Assembly: GCA_963803435.1 (NCBI GenBank)
Contig: CAWDML010000009.1
Span: 1,312,001-1,376,000, forward strand
Direction of reading: 5' to 3'
DNA: 64,000 nt
DNA from: an uncultured delta proteobacterium
Lineage (GTDB): Bacteria > Myxococcota > Kuafuiibacteriia > Kuafuiibacteriales > Kuafuiibacteriaceae
The notes beneath the pieces were generated by a model, which searched no databases, was not told the origin of the DNA, and worked only from the letters and a program-made list of their open reading frames with translations. The position numbers and the translations under genes are program-made. This document shows positions 49,653-61,624 of the stretch, piece by piece. Numbering within the stretch: the first letter of the stretch is position 1; every line of letters begins with the position of its first letter.

Positions 49653-52600
49653 TCATCTTCGCCGGAGGAGGAGGGCCAGCGCGAGCAGCCCGAAGACGAT
49701 CCCGCCCCCGGCCGAGCGGTCCGCGGTCCGGCATCCACAGGCCTTGCCATCGGGCGGCCCCGTCACACCGGCATCGGCCGCCGCCCCGGCGTCAGCGAGC
49801 GCGCCGGCGTCGTCCGTGGAGGAGGCCGCGTCGACCGTCCCGGCGTCGGGCGGCTCCACCGGCTCACCGGCGCGCGGGCTCTCGGGCGGTCCCTCTGCGT
49901 CGGGCACGAACGCCGGATCGGCGCTGAGGAGGAGGCGGTCGATCACCGCCCCGTCCTCGCGCATCCAGAGCGAGATCGTGTGGACACCGGGCTCACCCAC
50001 CTCGAGCGTGGCGTTCGGGCCGTCCATCGTGGACCGCGTCCAGGTCCAGACTCGAGCGTCGGTGAACGTGATCCGATCCGCCGTCGCCGCGATCGCGCCG
50101 TCGATGCCCAGGTGAACCGAATCGTCGTCGCCGTCGCCGTACGCGTGCCCGCGGATCCAGACGGAGTACGTCCCCGGCTCGAGCGAGACCGGGTAGTCGA
50201 GCCGCGGGCTCTCTTCGGGCTGGGCGGCCTCCCGAAGCTCCTCGACGTCCGGCTGGGCGATCACCGCGCCGTCTCCTGCATAGCCGTGGGGGCGGGTGAT
50301 CGGCACGAACGCGTGACCGCCGGCCTCGGTCGCGCGGAAGAAGTGCTCCGCCTCCACCACCAGCAGGCCGGCTTGCGCCTCGAACGGCGGCGCCGGACGG
50401 GGCGGCCCGTCGATGATCTCCAGGTAGTCGAGGTCGGCGGTGGCGCGATCGCCCGGATCGGTCTGGATCCGGATCGTGTTCGCGCCCGCGTTCAGCCGGA
50501 TGGGGCGATAGGCGGTGCGCTCGAACATCCACCAGTCGGAGGAGGGCGGAAAGACGACGTCGCCGGCGGCCACACCGTTCACATAGAGCGCGCGCGAGGC
50601 CCAGGTGGCGCTCCCGTTGGCGAAGCCGATCGCGAGCTCGTGATCGCCGTCGGTGTCGGCCGAGACGTCGATCTCGACGAAGCTGTCCGGTGTCTCTAGG
50701 CCGCCGACGTACGTCCCACCGGAGGCGGTGGCCTTCCGGCCGATCGCGCCGCTGGTCCGACCGCCCTCAGCCTGGAAGCGGCGGATCGGATCCGCCAGAC
50801 ACAGCCCGCCCAGACGGATCGTGATCTCGCCGCTGACCGCGGTCGGGCGGGTCACCACGCCGATCCCCGAGCTCCGCGCGGAGGTCATCGGATATGCGCC
50901 CACGCCGTGGGCCTCGGCCTCCCGGCGCGAGTGATAGACCGCCGCGGTCTCGCCGCCGATCGAGGCGCACGGCGCCGCCGCGACGCCGTGAAACTCCACG
51001 CGATACCGTCGCGAGGCACCGGCGCCGGCGAACGTCCCCTCGGCCGCGTGGATCCGGAGCAGCTTCTCGGTCTGGCTCCAGTCGATGACGGTCCGGCGGA
51101 TCGCGCCCGTCCGATAGGCCTCCGACCTGCCGTCGTCCTCGGCGAGGGTGAAGCGCGCGTCAGCCCCGGGATAGACGTGCAGATCGAGGACGTCGTCCCT
51201 CAGAAAGGCGGCGCTGTCGGCGGGCTTCTCCATGGGAACGATCGATCCGGCCTTCACGAAGATCGGGATCCGTCCGGGGGACGCGAAAACCTCGATCACG
51301 CCGCCGGCGGGATAGACATCGTCGGTCCAGAAGTCGTACCAGCCGCCGTTCGGCCACTCGGGGAGCCACACGGACACCGGGGCATCGCCGGCGTTCGGCA
51401 CCGGCGTCACCAGGAGCTCGCGACCCCAGAGGTACTCGAGGTCGTAGGTCCAGGCCCGATCGTCGTTGCCGTACTCGAGGAGCAGCGGTCGAGCCATCGG
51501 CGCTCCGAAGAGCGCGGCCTCCACCGCGTAGCTGTACAGGTATGGCATCAGCGCCATGCGGAGACCGGCGTAGCGCTCCGCCAGCACCTGGGCAGCCGGC
51601 GATCGATCCATCGGCCAGCGGAGCGGCCCCACGCCGTGCGGCTTCCAGTACGGAGTGAAGCTCCCGAACGCGAGGGCCCACTGGCGATACAGGACGTCGA
51701 ACGTCGCCTCGTCGAGCCCTTCGGCGTTGAAGCCGCCGGCGTCGTGGCCCCAGAACGGGAACCCAGAGAGACCGGCGGCCTGCATGCCCCGGATCTGGAG
51801 CTGCATCTCGCCGTAGCTCGAGTCGAGATCTCCGCTCCACAGCGTCGCCGCGCGCTGGCCCCCGGCCGTCATCCCGCGTACCCAGATGAACGGGCGCTCC
51901 GCGGGACCGATCGACTGATCCCAACCCTCCGCGCCGAGGGCCTCGGCGACGTAAAGAAACCAGAGGTTCCGCACCTCCGCCCAGCGGCGGCCGTCGCCGG
52001 TGATCGTGTCGTCGGGAACCGCGCCGTTCTCGTCGAACTCGTCGATCCAAAGGCCGTCGTGCGGATAGCCGAGCGCGGGATCCGCGGTCATGCGGAGGAT
52101 GAGATCCCACCACCAGCGGCGGACCTCGGGCCGCGTCAGATCGGGCGAGCTGTCGCCGAACTCCACCTGGTCGGTCCCAGGAAGGTTGAACTCGGGGCGC
52201 CAGCCGTCGCTCTGGGCGGCGATGCAGCGGTTGAAGTCGAGCGTCGCCACCAGACCCTCGGCGGTGAGCCAGCGCTCGAAGGCGGCCGGATCGGGATAGC
52301 GCGTCGGATCCCAGGCGAAGCGCGACAGGCAGCGCTCTCCGCCGCCGGCGCGCCAGCGGTTGTCGTTGATCAAGTGATCGAGCGGCAGCCCCAGCGCGCG
52401 GTGCTTGGCCACGTTCGCTTGCCACCAGGCCGCGTCGGAGATGTCGGGCGCGCCCTTGTCCGAGAGCGCCAGGCCGAACATGGCGCGCGGCGGGAGGCGA
52501 GGGCGGCCGGTCAGCGCGGTGTAGCGATCGAGGAGGTCGAGCAGCCGCGGCCCCGCCAAGAGGAAGACGTCGAGCTGGCCCTCGGCCTGCGTGATCGCGT

Positions 52601-53255
52601 AGCGGGCCGCTTCGCCCAGCTGGAACGTGACGTCGAACGCTGCGTTGACGAAGACGCCGTAGCCCCGGCTCGACAGATAGAACGGGACAATCAGGGGCGA
52701 CTGCTCGCCGTGCATGCGGCCGTAGTGGCGGACGTGCGTGGCGCCCGCCAGGTCGAGCTTGGGGACGCGGCCGAAGAATCCGTGGCCGAGCCCGGCGAAG
52801 TGCTCCGCAGCGACGTAGTCGAAGCCGATCGTGGTGCTGGGACCGTCAAAGGTGACGCGGCCGCCCGACAGGCGCGTCTCGTTCTCACCGGCGAGCCCGA
52901 ATGATAGGCCCAGATCGGTCTTGGTCAGCACGAGCTGGGCGGCGCCGGCGGTGGCGGCGCCGATCTCGAGGCGGTCGCTCCGATCATCCGCGGTGATCGC
53001 GCCCGGCCAGTCGTGGCGCTCCACCATGTCCGGCGTGCGCTCCGGGAGGAACGTCTCGCCGGGGCGCGCCACCTGGACGCGCAGGATCTGATCACCGTAG
53101 GGCGTGATCCGGAGCTGCGCTCCGTTCGAAGACACGATCACGATCGCACGTCCGTCGGTCCGTTGAGACTGATAGCTGCCCAGATCCTGCGCCCAGGCCG
53201 GTGAGGAGAGGAGACACGCGGCGATCGCGAGCGCTGCCGGCGAGCGCAGCTTCAC
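49653..53255 (-). CDS. Secreted GH31 glycoside hydrolase with a CBM35/CBM6-like module and a MYXO-CTERM-like anchor
   Basis: YTALTGRP, GLWIDE, WSGD, GHDAGGF, YLWG.ELLV, P.FVKAGSIVP; C-terminal ACGC...LLALALLLRRR. Confidence 0.87.
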   Translation of the reverse strand: MKLRSPAALAIAACLLSSPAWAQDLGSYQSQRTDGRAIVIVSSNGAQLRITPYGDQILRVQVARPGETFLPERTPDMVERHDWPGAITADDRSDRLEIGAATAGAAQLVLTKTDLGLSFGLAGENETRLSGGRVTFDGPSTTIGFDYVAAEHFAGLGHGFFGRVPKLDLAGATHVRHYGRMHGEQSPLIVPFYLSSRGYGVFVNAAFDVTFQLGEAARYAITQAEGQLDVFLLAGPRLLDLLDRYTALTGRPRLPPRAMFGLALSDKGAPDISDAAWWQANVAKHRALGLPLDHLINDNRWRAGGGERCLSRFAWDPTRYPDPAAFERWLTAEGLVATLDFNRCIAAQSDGWRPEFNLPGTDQVEFGDSSPDLTRPEVRRWWWDLILRMTADPALGYPHDGLWIDEFDENGAVPDDTITGDGRRWAEVRNLWFLYVAEALGAEGWDQSIGPAERPFIWVRGMTAGGQRAATLWSGDLDSSYGEMQLQIRGMQAAGLSGFPFWGHDAGGFNAEGLDEATFDVLYRQWALAFGSFTPYWKPHGVGPLRWPMDRSPAAQVLAERYAGLRMALMPYLYSYAVEAALFGAPMARPLLLEYGNDDRAWTYDLEYLWGRELLVTPVPNAGDAPVSVWLPEWPNGGWYDFWTDDVYPAGGVIEVFASPGRIPIFVKAGSIVPMEKPADSAAFLRDDVLDLHVYPGADARFTLAEDDGRSEAYRTGAIRRTVIDWSQTEKLLRIHAAEGTFAGAGASRRYRVEFHGVAAAPCASIGGETAAVYHSRREAEAHGVGAYPMTSARSSGIGVVTRPTAVSGEITIRLGGLCLADPIRRFQAEGGRTSGAIGRKATASGGTYVGGLETPDSFVEIDVSADTDGDHELAIGFANGSATWASRALYVNGVAAGDVVFPPSSDWWMFERTAYRPIRLNAGANTIRIQTDPGDRATADLDYLEIIDGPPRPAPPFEAQAGLLVVEAEHFFRATEAGGHAFVPITRPHGYAGDGAVIAQPDVEELREAAQPEESPRLDYPVSLEPGTYSVWIRGHAYGDGDDDSVHLGIDGAIAATADRITFTDARVWTWTRSTMDGPNATLEVGEPGVHTISLWMREDGAVIDRLLLSADPAFVPDAEGPPESPRAGEPVEPPDAGTVDAASSTDDAGALADAGAAADAGVTGPPDGKACGCRTADRSAGGGIVFGLLALALLLRRR

Positions 53256-53288
53256 GGAGCAGAGGCTGGCACAGCCGCGCGGGCGCGG

Positions 53289-53441
53289 TCACTCCTCCTC
53301 GCGCGCGCGGCGTCGCTTCTCGGCCCGATCCCAGTCGTTGCGCACATTCCGGGAGCCCAGGTTCCAGCCGATGAGGAAACCCAGCCCGAGGATGAACGGG
53401 ATGAAGATGATGTGGTTGATCGGTGGAAGGAGGTCGCTCAC
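53289..53441 (-). CDS. 50-aa single-TM protein at the end of the ccm operon
   Basis: VSDLLPPINHIIFIPFILGLGFLIGWNLGSRNVRNDWDRAEKRRRAREEE; GTGA overlap with the upstream stop. Confidence 0.7.
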   Translation of the reverse strand: MSDLLPPINHIIFIPFILGLGFLIGWNLGSRNVRNDWDRAEKRRRAREEE

Positions 53442-53752
53442 TTCTTCTCCGCTCGCTTGATGCGATCGGCGAGCTCCCCCATCTCCTTGGCGAGGTCGGA
53501 CTGCCGCCTTGCCACGAAGACCACGTAACCGAACATGCCCGCCAGGAACGTGCAGTAGGCGCCGACCACCAGCGGGTTCGGATCGACCTTGTTCGTGTCA
53601 GCGCCGCCGGCGACCTGCTCGAAGCCCGGCGGGGGCTTCTTGGCGGGCATGGCGGCGGCGCTGGCGGTCCCGCTCTGGGCGAACGCGGACGCGGCCGACG
53701 TCAGCCAGAGCGAGACGATGAAACCGAGCATCAAGAGGTTACGCCCCAACAT
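53438..53752 (-). CDS. CcmD-like small membrane protein with an N-terminal extension
   Basis: LVVGAY...GYV...RRQ..L followed by a coiled coil; downstream of ccmC. Confidence 0.6.
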   Translation of the reverse strand: MLGRNLLMLGFIVSLWLTSAASAFAQSGTASAAAMPAKKPPPGFEQVAGGADTNKVDPNPLVVGAYCTFLAGMFGYVVFVARRQSDLAKEMGELADRIKRAEKK

Positions 53753-53765
53753 TGCTGTTCCTTTC

Positions 53766-54482
53766 TCAACCCTCGAGGCCGATCTCGGTGCTCTTCATGT
53801 GGAGTCGATCGAGCGCGGTTCTCAGCTTTCCCAGCCGGAGCCGCGCCCAGAGCATCGCGATGTAGGCGAGGTGGAAGGCGATCACGCAGGTCCAGAACGC
53901 GTGCTTCATCCGCGGCTCGAGGGTCGCCACCAGCTTGGGCGGGTGCGTCCCGCGCCAGATGTCCACCGAGACGTAGACGAAGATCGCGTTGAACACGGCC
54001 AGCACCGCCAGCCCGGCGGCGATCTGCTTGGCGTTCGGACCGGCATAGACGCGCACGATCTTGCACGCGACCAGCGTCAGGATCATGACCAGCGAGGAGG
54101 TGAGGCGGACGTCCCAGACCCAGTAGGCGCCCCAGGCCTTGCGGCCCCACAGCGGGCCGGAGATCACGACGAGGAGCCCGAACATGATGGACAGCTCCAC
54201 CGAGGCATCGGCGACGCGATCCCACTTGTCCTTCTTCGTGATGAGGTAGGCGATCGATCCGACCGCCATCAGCGGCGCCGACAGCAGCATCATCCAGGCC
54301 GACGGCACGTGGAAGTAGAAGATCTTCTGGACGAAGCCCATCACCTTCTCGGTGGGCGCATAGAAGAAGGCCATCCAGGCGCCGATCGCGAGCATGATGC
54401 CCGCCGCCGCGGAGAGGACGAGCAGGAGCGGCGGCGTCTTCAGACCCTTGATGCTGTCGAAGAGCTCTTCGTTGGTCGTCAC
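53766..54482 (-). CDS. ccmC: Heme exporter/chaperone CcmC
   Basis: IFYFHVP, WGRKAWGAYWVWDVRLT (WWD), HP. Confidence 0.93.
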   Translation of the reverse strand: MTTNEELFDSIKGLKTPPLLLVLSAAAGIMLAIGAWMAFFYAPTEKVMGFVQKIFYFHVPSAWMMLLSAPLMAVGSIAYLITKKDKWDRVADASVELSIMFGLLVVISGPLWGRKAWGAYWVWDVRLTSSLVMILTLVACKIVRVYAGPNAKQIAAGLAVLAVFNAIFVYVSVDIWRGTHPPKLVATLEPRMKHAFWTCVIAFHLAYIAMLWARLRLGKLRTALDRLHMKSTEIGLEG

Positions 54483-54498
54483 GAGATCACCTCCTCCA

Positions 54499-55251
54499 TC
54501 AATCCAGGAGCAACGCCTCGAACATCCAGAGCGAGGCGACCAAAAACACGACGTCGAACACCAGCAGAACCTTCAAGAAAACACCGAACTGATCGAGGGC
54601 CATCTCCGGCTCGAACAGCGCGGTGGTCGCCTTCACTCCGATCACCAGCACCGGGAGTATGATCGGATAGAACACGATTGCCAAAAGCACGTCCTTCGCG
54701 TGCGCGCGAAGCAGCATCGCCGCCAGCAGCGTCCCCACGATCGAGTAGCCGAGCGTGCCCAGTAGGATGCAGATCGCCAGGCGCCAGGTCCGTCCCATCC
54801 CGAAGGTGGCGCCTTCGGGGACGTTGAAGAAGAAGATGACGGACGGGACCACCACCACCTCGACCACCAGCATGAAGAGGAAGAGCCCCATCGCCTTGCC
54901 GAGATAGATCGCGGGGCGCGCCACCGGCGACAGGAGCAACGCGCGGATACAGTCGCCCTCGCGCTCGCGCTCGAAGGCCCGCCCGAGCCCCAGGGTCCCG
55001 GAGAAGGCGACGGCGACCCACATGATCCCGGCGGCGACCGACGACACCGTCTTCTGATCGCGGAAGAACGCGAACGAGAAGATCAGGACCACCAGGAAGC
55101 CGAAGTAGCCCATCGTCAGCAGGATCTCCTTGGAGCGCCACTCGACGCGGAGATCCTTGCCGGCGATGAAGAGCGCGTCCTTGATGACCACACCGAAGGA
55201 GTCGGCGGGCGGCGATTGCGGCACGGCTGCGCTCGCCTCCTCGCGGCTCAC
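54499..55251 (-). CDS. ccmB: Heme exporter permease CcmB
   Basis: [13 protein letters not shown]....LLLSP, LL..V.YP..LP. Confidence 0.92.
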   Translation of the reverse strand: MSREEASAAVPQSPPADSFGVVIKDALFIAGKDLRVEWRSKEILLTMGYFGFLVVLIFSFAFFRDQKTVSSVAAGIMWVAVAFSGTLGLGRAFEREREGDCIRALLLSPVARPAIYLGKAMGLFLFMLVVEVVVVPSVIFFFNVPEGATFGMGRTWRLAICILLGTLGYSIVGTLLAAMLLRAHAKDVLLAIVFYPIILPVLVIGVKATTALFEPEMALDQFGVFLKVLLVFDVVFLVASLWMFEALLLD

Positions 55252-56000
55252 GCGCGATCCTCCGCCGCCGGCCGCACCTCGCGCCCGCCCTCGGCCGCCA
55301 GAGCGTAGTGATCCCGGACCTCCTGGGCGGTGAGCTTGCCCCGGTGCTGGTGCGCCAGCTGGCCCCGCACCAAGACCGCGATCTCATCGGCGAGCTCCGC
55401 CGTGGTCTCCATGTCGTGCGAGATCATGAGGACGATCGCCCCCTGCCCGCGCAGCGTGTGGATCCGATCGATCACCGTGCGCGTGGAGGCGCGATCGAGG
55501 CCGGTGAACGGCTCGTCGAGCAGGACCAGCTTCGGCTCGCCGATCAGCGCGCGCGCCAGCCCGAGCCGCTGGAGCATGCCGCGGGAGAACGTCTTCGCCG
55601 GTCGATTCATCGCGTCCTCGAGGCCGAACTCGACCAGGAGCTCCCGGGCCCGCTCGGGCGCGTGCTCCACGCCGTAGAGCCGTCCGAAGAAGGTGACGTT
55701 CTCGAGGGCCGAGAGATCGCCGTAGGTGAGCGAAGAGTGGGAGAGGAGCCCGATCCGCCCCCGCGCGTCCTTGGCCCGCTCGGGCGGGAGGTCGCCGAAA
55801 TGGATCGCCCCGGACGTGGGCCGGGACAGCGTCGAGAACATCCACAGCAGCGTCGTTTTGCCGGCGCCGTTCGGCCCCAGCAGGGCGGTCACGCGGCCCT
55901 CCTCGATCGGGAGTGTGACCTTGGAGAGCGCGCGATGTCGTCCGTAGATCTTGGTGACGTTCCGCGCCTCCGCGCGTGTGAAGATCTCCGCCTGCGCCAT
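55248..56000 (-). CDS. ccmA: Heme exporter ATPase CcmA
   Basis: [23 protein letters not shown]. Confidence 0.9.
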   Translation of the reverse strand: MAQAEIFTRAEARNVTKIYGRHRALSKVTLPIEEGRVTALLGPNGAGKTTLLWMFSTLSRPTSGAIHFGDLPPERAKDARGRIGLLSHSSLTYGDLSALENVTFFGRLYGVEHAPERARELLVEFGLEDAMNRPAKTFSRGMLQRLGLARALIGEPKLVLLDEPFTGLDRASTRTVIDRIHTLRGQGAIVLMISHDMETTAELADEIAVLVRGQLAHQHRGKLTAQEVRDHYALAAEGGREVRPAAEDRA

Positions 56001-56887
56001 CACTCCGAGCTCTTCGCGAGATCGATCTCGCGCAGGACATGAGCGAGCTCCGTCATCAGCTCCTCGTGTCTCCGCTCGTACCGCTTCTCCTTGATCTTGT
56101 CCTCGCTGTAGTCGCGCTCGAGAATCTCGATGGCCCGCACGATCCGGTCGCGCCGAGACTGCGCCGAGAGAGGACCGATCTTGGAGGCGAGCTCCGAGCG
56201 AGGCTGCTGGAGCGCCCAGAACATCCAGCCTACGATCGCGATGACGACCAAGAGCGCCGCGCGCCGCGGCCAGGTGATATGGGACGGCAGGCCGTCGAAG
56301 TGGAGCTCGACCTGACCACCCGCCGGGATGGGCGCCATCGTGATCACCTGGAACTCGAGGCCGTTGAGGTCCCGGACCCGCTTGTCCAGCTGGATGTTCG
56401 AGGTGATCTCGAGCCCGTCGACGTTCTCGACGATCAACCGTGCGCTGGTGGTGCGCACCGGGAGGGTCCGGCGGATGACGGCGCTGTCCCCGTCGAAGTC
56501 GACCATGTAGGCCCCGGAGACGGTCTTGGTCCCCTGGCCGAGCGCCTCGGTGGCGTAGATCTCGCTGGCATCCTCGGCGGCGGCGAAGCCGGTGACGTCC
56601 TTGTCGAGGTTCACGCGGCGGGTCCGTGCAGGGAGCGGGAAATGGAGCTGGTCCTTCTCGACCAGGCGGCCGCTCGTGTTCTCGAGCTGCCAGCTCTCCT
56701 GGACGTGCAGGACCTCCTCGTCGATCTCGTAGATCCAGGTCAGCGTGCCCGCGACGTCGGCACCGGTGCCGCCGAGCTGGATCTGCGCGGGCGCCTCCGC
56801 CGGCTGCGACGCCGGCTGGTCGGCCGGCCGGTCGGCCGGTGGCTCGGCCTGCGCGAAGAGGATCAAGGCCAGCGCGAGCGCGTTCAT
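56000..56887 (-). CDS. Exported beta-rich membrane-anchored protein in the ccm operon
   Basis: Signal peptide MNALALALILFAQA, C-terminal TM, then R..I..LE.DY...KI....Y helical motif. Confidence 0.65.
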   Translation of the reverse strand: MNALALALILFAQAEPPADRPADQPASQPAEAPAQIQLGGTGADVAGTLTWIYEIDEEVLHVQESWQLENTSGRLVEKDQLHFPLPARTRRVNLDKDVTGFAAAEDASEIYATEALGQGTKTVSGAYMVDFDGDSAVIRRTLPVRTTSARLIVENVDGLEITSNIQLDKRVRDLNGLEFQVITMAPIPAGGQVELHFDGLPSHITWPRRAALLVVIAIVGWMFWALQQPRSELASKIGPLSAQSRRDRIVRAIEILERDYSEDKIKEKRYERRHEELMTELAHVLREIDLAKSSE

Positions 56888-57718
56888 GCGGTTCCCTCCG
56901 CGACCCGCGGAGCCTCCTTTGGCGACGCCTTCCGGGGGCGCCCGCACCCGATGCAGAAGCGGGCGTCGAGCTCGTTCTCGGCGCCGCATCCGCCGCAGGT
57001 CACGCGGGTGTCGGACAGCGGCTTCATCTCCACCTCGAGCTCGGCCCGCCGGGGCCGGCCGCAGGCGATGCAGAACTTGGCGTCCGCTTCGTTCTCGGAC
57101 TCGCAGCCGCCGCAGGCCACCCGGTCGCCGTCGAGCGGCCGCATCTCCACCGGACGGTGGTCGAACAGGCCGCTGTAGGCCCGCCGCGCCTTGCGCTCGG
57201 CGGAGGTCTCGGTGCGATAGACCTCGGACGTTTCGAGCGCCACCAGGGCCGTCTGATCGATCGGTCCGACCCGGCGCCCCAGCTTCTTGGCGACGTACCG
57301 CTCTGCCTCCCGGCGCCAATGGTCGTCGCTCTCCTTGATGCGGTGGATGATTCTGGATCGCGCGGTTCTCGGCCGTGTCGCGGAGGTGCTGGTAGTCGGC
57401 GGCGTCGACCTTGCCGACGGCCGCGTCCGCCTCGAGCTCCTTGATGCCCTGGAGCAGGAGCAGCTTCTCGTGTTCGAGGGCGGCTCGCTCCTCGTCCTCG
57501 ACTCGACCGGTGATCTCGAGCGTCTCGTCCCGCAGCGCGCCCAGCGCCTTGACCAGCATGTAGCCGGTGAAGGTGACGGCCACGCCGCAGGCGACGAAGA
57601 TGAGCGTCGACGAGAACCCGTAGGTCTTGCCGATGATCGCCGCGACCACCGCGATGCCGACGAGGGCTTCGACGACGAGGATCCCGCGATCGATGAGTCG
57701 GCTGCTGCCTGCTGCCAT
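56884..57718 (-). CDS. Membrane protein with a CcmI-N-like helical motif and tandem zinc ribbons (frameshift near 57352)
   Basis: Two TMs, IKELE.D..VGKV...DY; two CGGC...N...A.FC..CG repeats. Confidence 0.7.
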
Positions 57719-58275
57719 CAGTCCAGATCCTCGAGCTCGCGCTTCAGGAGCTCGCGATCCTCCTCCCCGTCGACGTCATCCTCCGGTTCGGACGTGGAGG
57801 CAAGAGGCCGGGAGGCCTGGGTGCGCCGGAGCGCCCGCATCCCGAAGGCGAAGAGCGCCGCCAGGAGCAGCAGCCCACCCCCGTACGGGATCAGCCAGGT
57901 GAGATCGCCGAGGGTGCCCGGCGGCTTCGGGAACGCCTTGCTCCCGTAGGACTTCTCGTACGCGGCGATGATCTCGTCGCGACTCTTGCCGGCCACCAGC
58001 GCCGCGCGGATGACCCGCATCGCCCCTGCCGCCCAGCCGCAGTCGCAGTTGGCCACCGTGAAGCGCGGGCACGTCCCGCAGAGACAGACGACCTCGTCCC
58101 CGATCTGCTCGGAGTACGCCTTCAGCGAAGGCGTCAGCACGATCTCCTTGTCGGGATCGACTCCGAGGATCCGGGCGGGCGCGTTGACGTCGTCGCCGCC
58201 GTCGTGTTGGGCCCGCGCGGGAGCGGGCGAGCCGAGTATGGCCAGGAGTGGAACGGCCAGAAGAAGGGCGCGCAT
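57718..58275 (-). CDS. ccmH: CcmH/CcmL-like protein
   Basis: CLCGTC...CDC..A..MR..IR....AGKS.DEII......YG, TM with W..PY. Confidence 0.75.
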   Translation of the reverse strand: MRALLLAVPLLAILGSPAPARAQHDGGDDVNAPARILGVDPDKEIVLTPSLKAYSEQIGDEVVCLCGTCPRFTVANCDCGWAAGAMRVIRAALVAGKSRDEIIAAYEKSYGSKAFPKPPGTLGDLTWLIPYGGGLLLLAALFAFGMRALRRTQASRPLASTSEPEDDVDGEEDRELLKRELEDLD

Positions 58276-58288
58276 GGTGGATCCGGTT

Positions 58289-60337
<2,049 letters not shown>

Positions 60338-60389
60338 GCTTCACCGAACCGTCTACGCAAGAATTTGATTTCGCGCAAAGGCAGCTGCG

Positions 60390-60836
60390 TCAGTACGTGC
60401 CCTTGTTTTTCATCTCGGCCTCGTACTTCGACGGGCATTTGGCGAGGAGATCGTTGGCGACGAAGACGTTGTCCGGACCGAGGCTGCCCGTAACGATGAC
60501 CTCGGCGTCATCCTTGAACGTATCGGGGACGACGCCTTGATAACGGACCGTCACGGTGCTCTGCGCGTACTGCGGATACTTGATCATCGCAGGGACGGGG
60601 AGGACGTCGAACTGATACTCGAGGCTGCCCTTCTTCTGGAAGATCGTCCCCTTCTGCACGTGACCGCCCATGCGAATGTTCTTGCCGGCGAGCTCGGCCT
60701 TCTGGGCGAGGACCTGATCGGCGGTGTGGAAGTACGTGAGGGCCTCGGGATCTGCGAAGAGCGTGTCGCCGAGCAGGTACGTGGCCGCGGCGCCCACGAC
60801 CACGACTGAGGCGACAATCTTCAGAGTCTGTGACAT
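60390..60836 (-). CDS. ccmE: Heme chaperone CcmE, CxxxY variant
   Basis: IRMGG.V, V.YQGVVPDTF, LLAKCPSKY. Confidence 0.92.
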   Translation of the reverse strand: MSQTLKIVASVVVVGAAATYLLGDTLFADPEALTYFHTADQVLAQKAELAGKNIRMGGHVQKGTIFQKKGSLEYQFDVLPVPAMIKYPQYAQSTVTVRYQGVVPDTFKDDAEVIVTGSLGPDNVFVANDLLAKCPSKYEAEMKNKGTY

Positions 60837-60998
60837 CTCGAATCCTCCGTTACGCAAGTTGCGCGCCAGTCGATGCTGGGCCCATAGTGCGCCGGGCTCA
60901 CCCGAAAGCCAAGCGTCCAAGTCACCGGAAGCCGAAACGTTTCGTTCCCGATCCGAACCTCTCATGGATACCATCTTTCGGGTCCAGTTCACCCAGCG

Positions 60999-61592
60999 AT
61001 GAGGAGTCGATTCATCATCTCCTGCCCGAGCGCCGATGCATGCCCTGATCTCGGGCAGCCCGAGTTTGCGCTCGTCGGTCGATCCAACGTCGGCAAGAGC
61101 TCTCTCCTCAACGCGCTGGTGGATCACAAGATCGCGCGGACGAGCCGCACGCCCGGTCGCACGCAGCTCATCAACCTCTTCGAGGTGGCCACCGGAAAGG
61201 CGACGTTCGTCCTGGCGGATCTCCCGGGCTTCGGCTACGCGCGGGCCCCGAAGGCGGTGACACGGACGTTCGCGCCGCTGATCGACGCGTACGTCGAGCG
61301 GCGCGCCCCGCTGGTGGCCGTCCTCCTCTTGGTCGACGTAAGGCGAGGTGCTGAAGAGGAGGAGATCGCCCTCATCCGGCGGATCCAGAAACGCCCCGGG
61401 CTGATCCCGCTGGCGGTCGTGACCAAGCTGGACAAGCTCCCCAAGGCCCAGCGACGCCCTGCGCTGCATCGAATCGCGAGGGCGCTCGATCTCCCGAAGG
61501 AAGGATGCTTCGGCACCAGCGTCGCCCGTCGGGAGGGTCTCGCGACGCTCCGTGACACGCTGTCGACCTTGTCGGCCGATCGTCCGTATTGA
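60999..61592 (+). CDS. engB: Ribosome biogenesis GTPase EngB/YihA/YsxC
   Basis: GRSNVGKSS, SRTPGRT, DLPGFGY, TKLDK. Confidence 0.95.
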   Translation: MRSRFIISCPSADACPDLGQPEFALVGRSNVGKSSLLNALVDHKIARTSRTPGRTQLINLFEVATGKATFVLADLPGFGYARAPKAVTRTFAPLIDAYVERRAPLVAVLLLVDVRRGAEEEEIALIRRIQKRPGLIPLAVVTKLDKLPKAQRRPALHRIARALDLPKEGCFGTSVARREGLATLRDTLSTLSADRPY

Positions 61593-61624
61593 CCTGGGTT
61601 TACACACGAACGTAGACGCATGGG

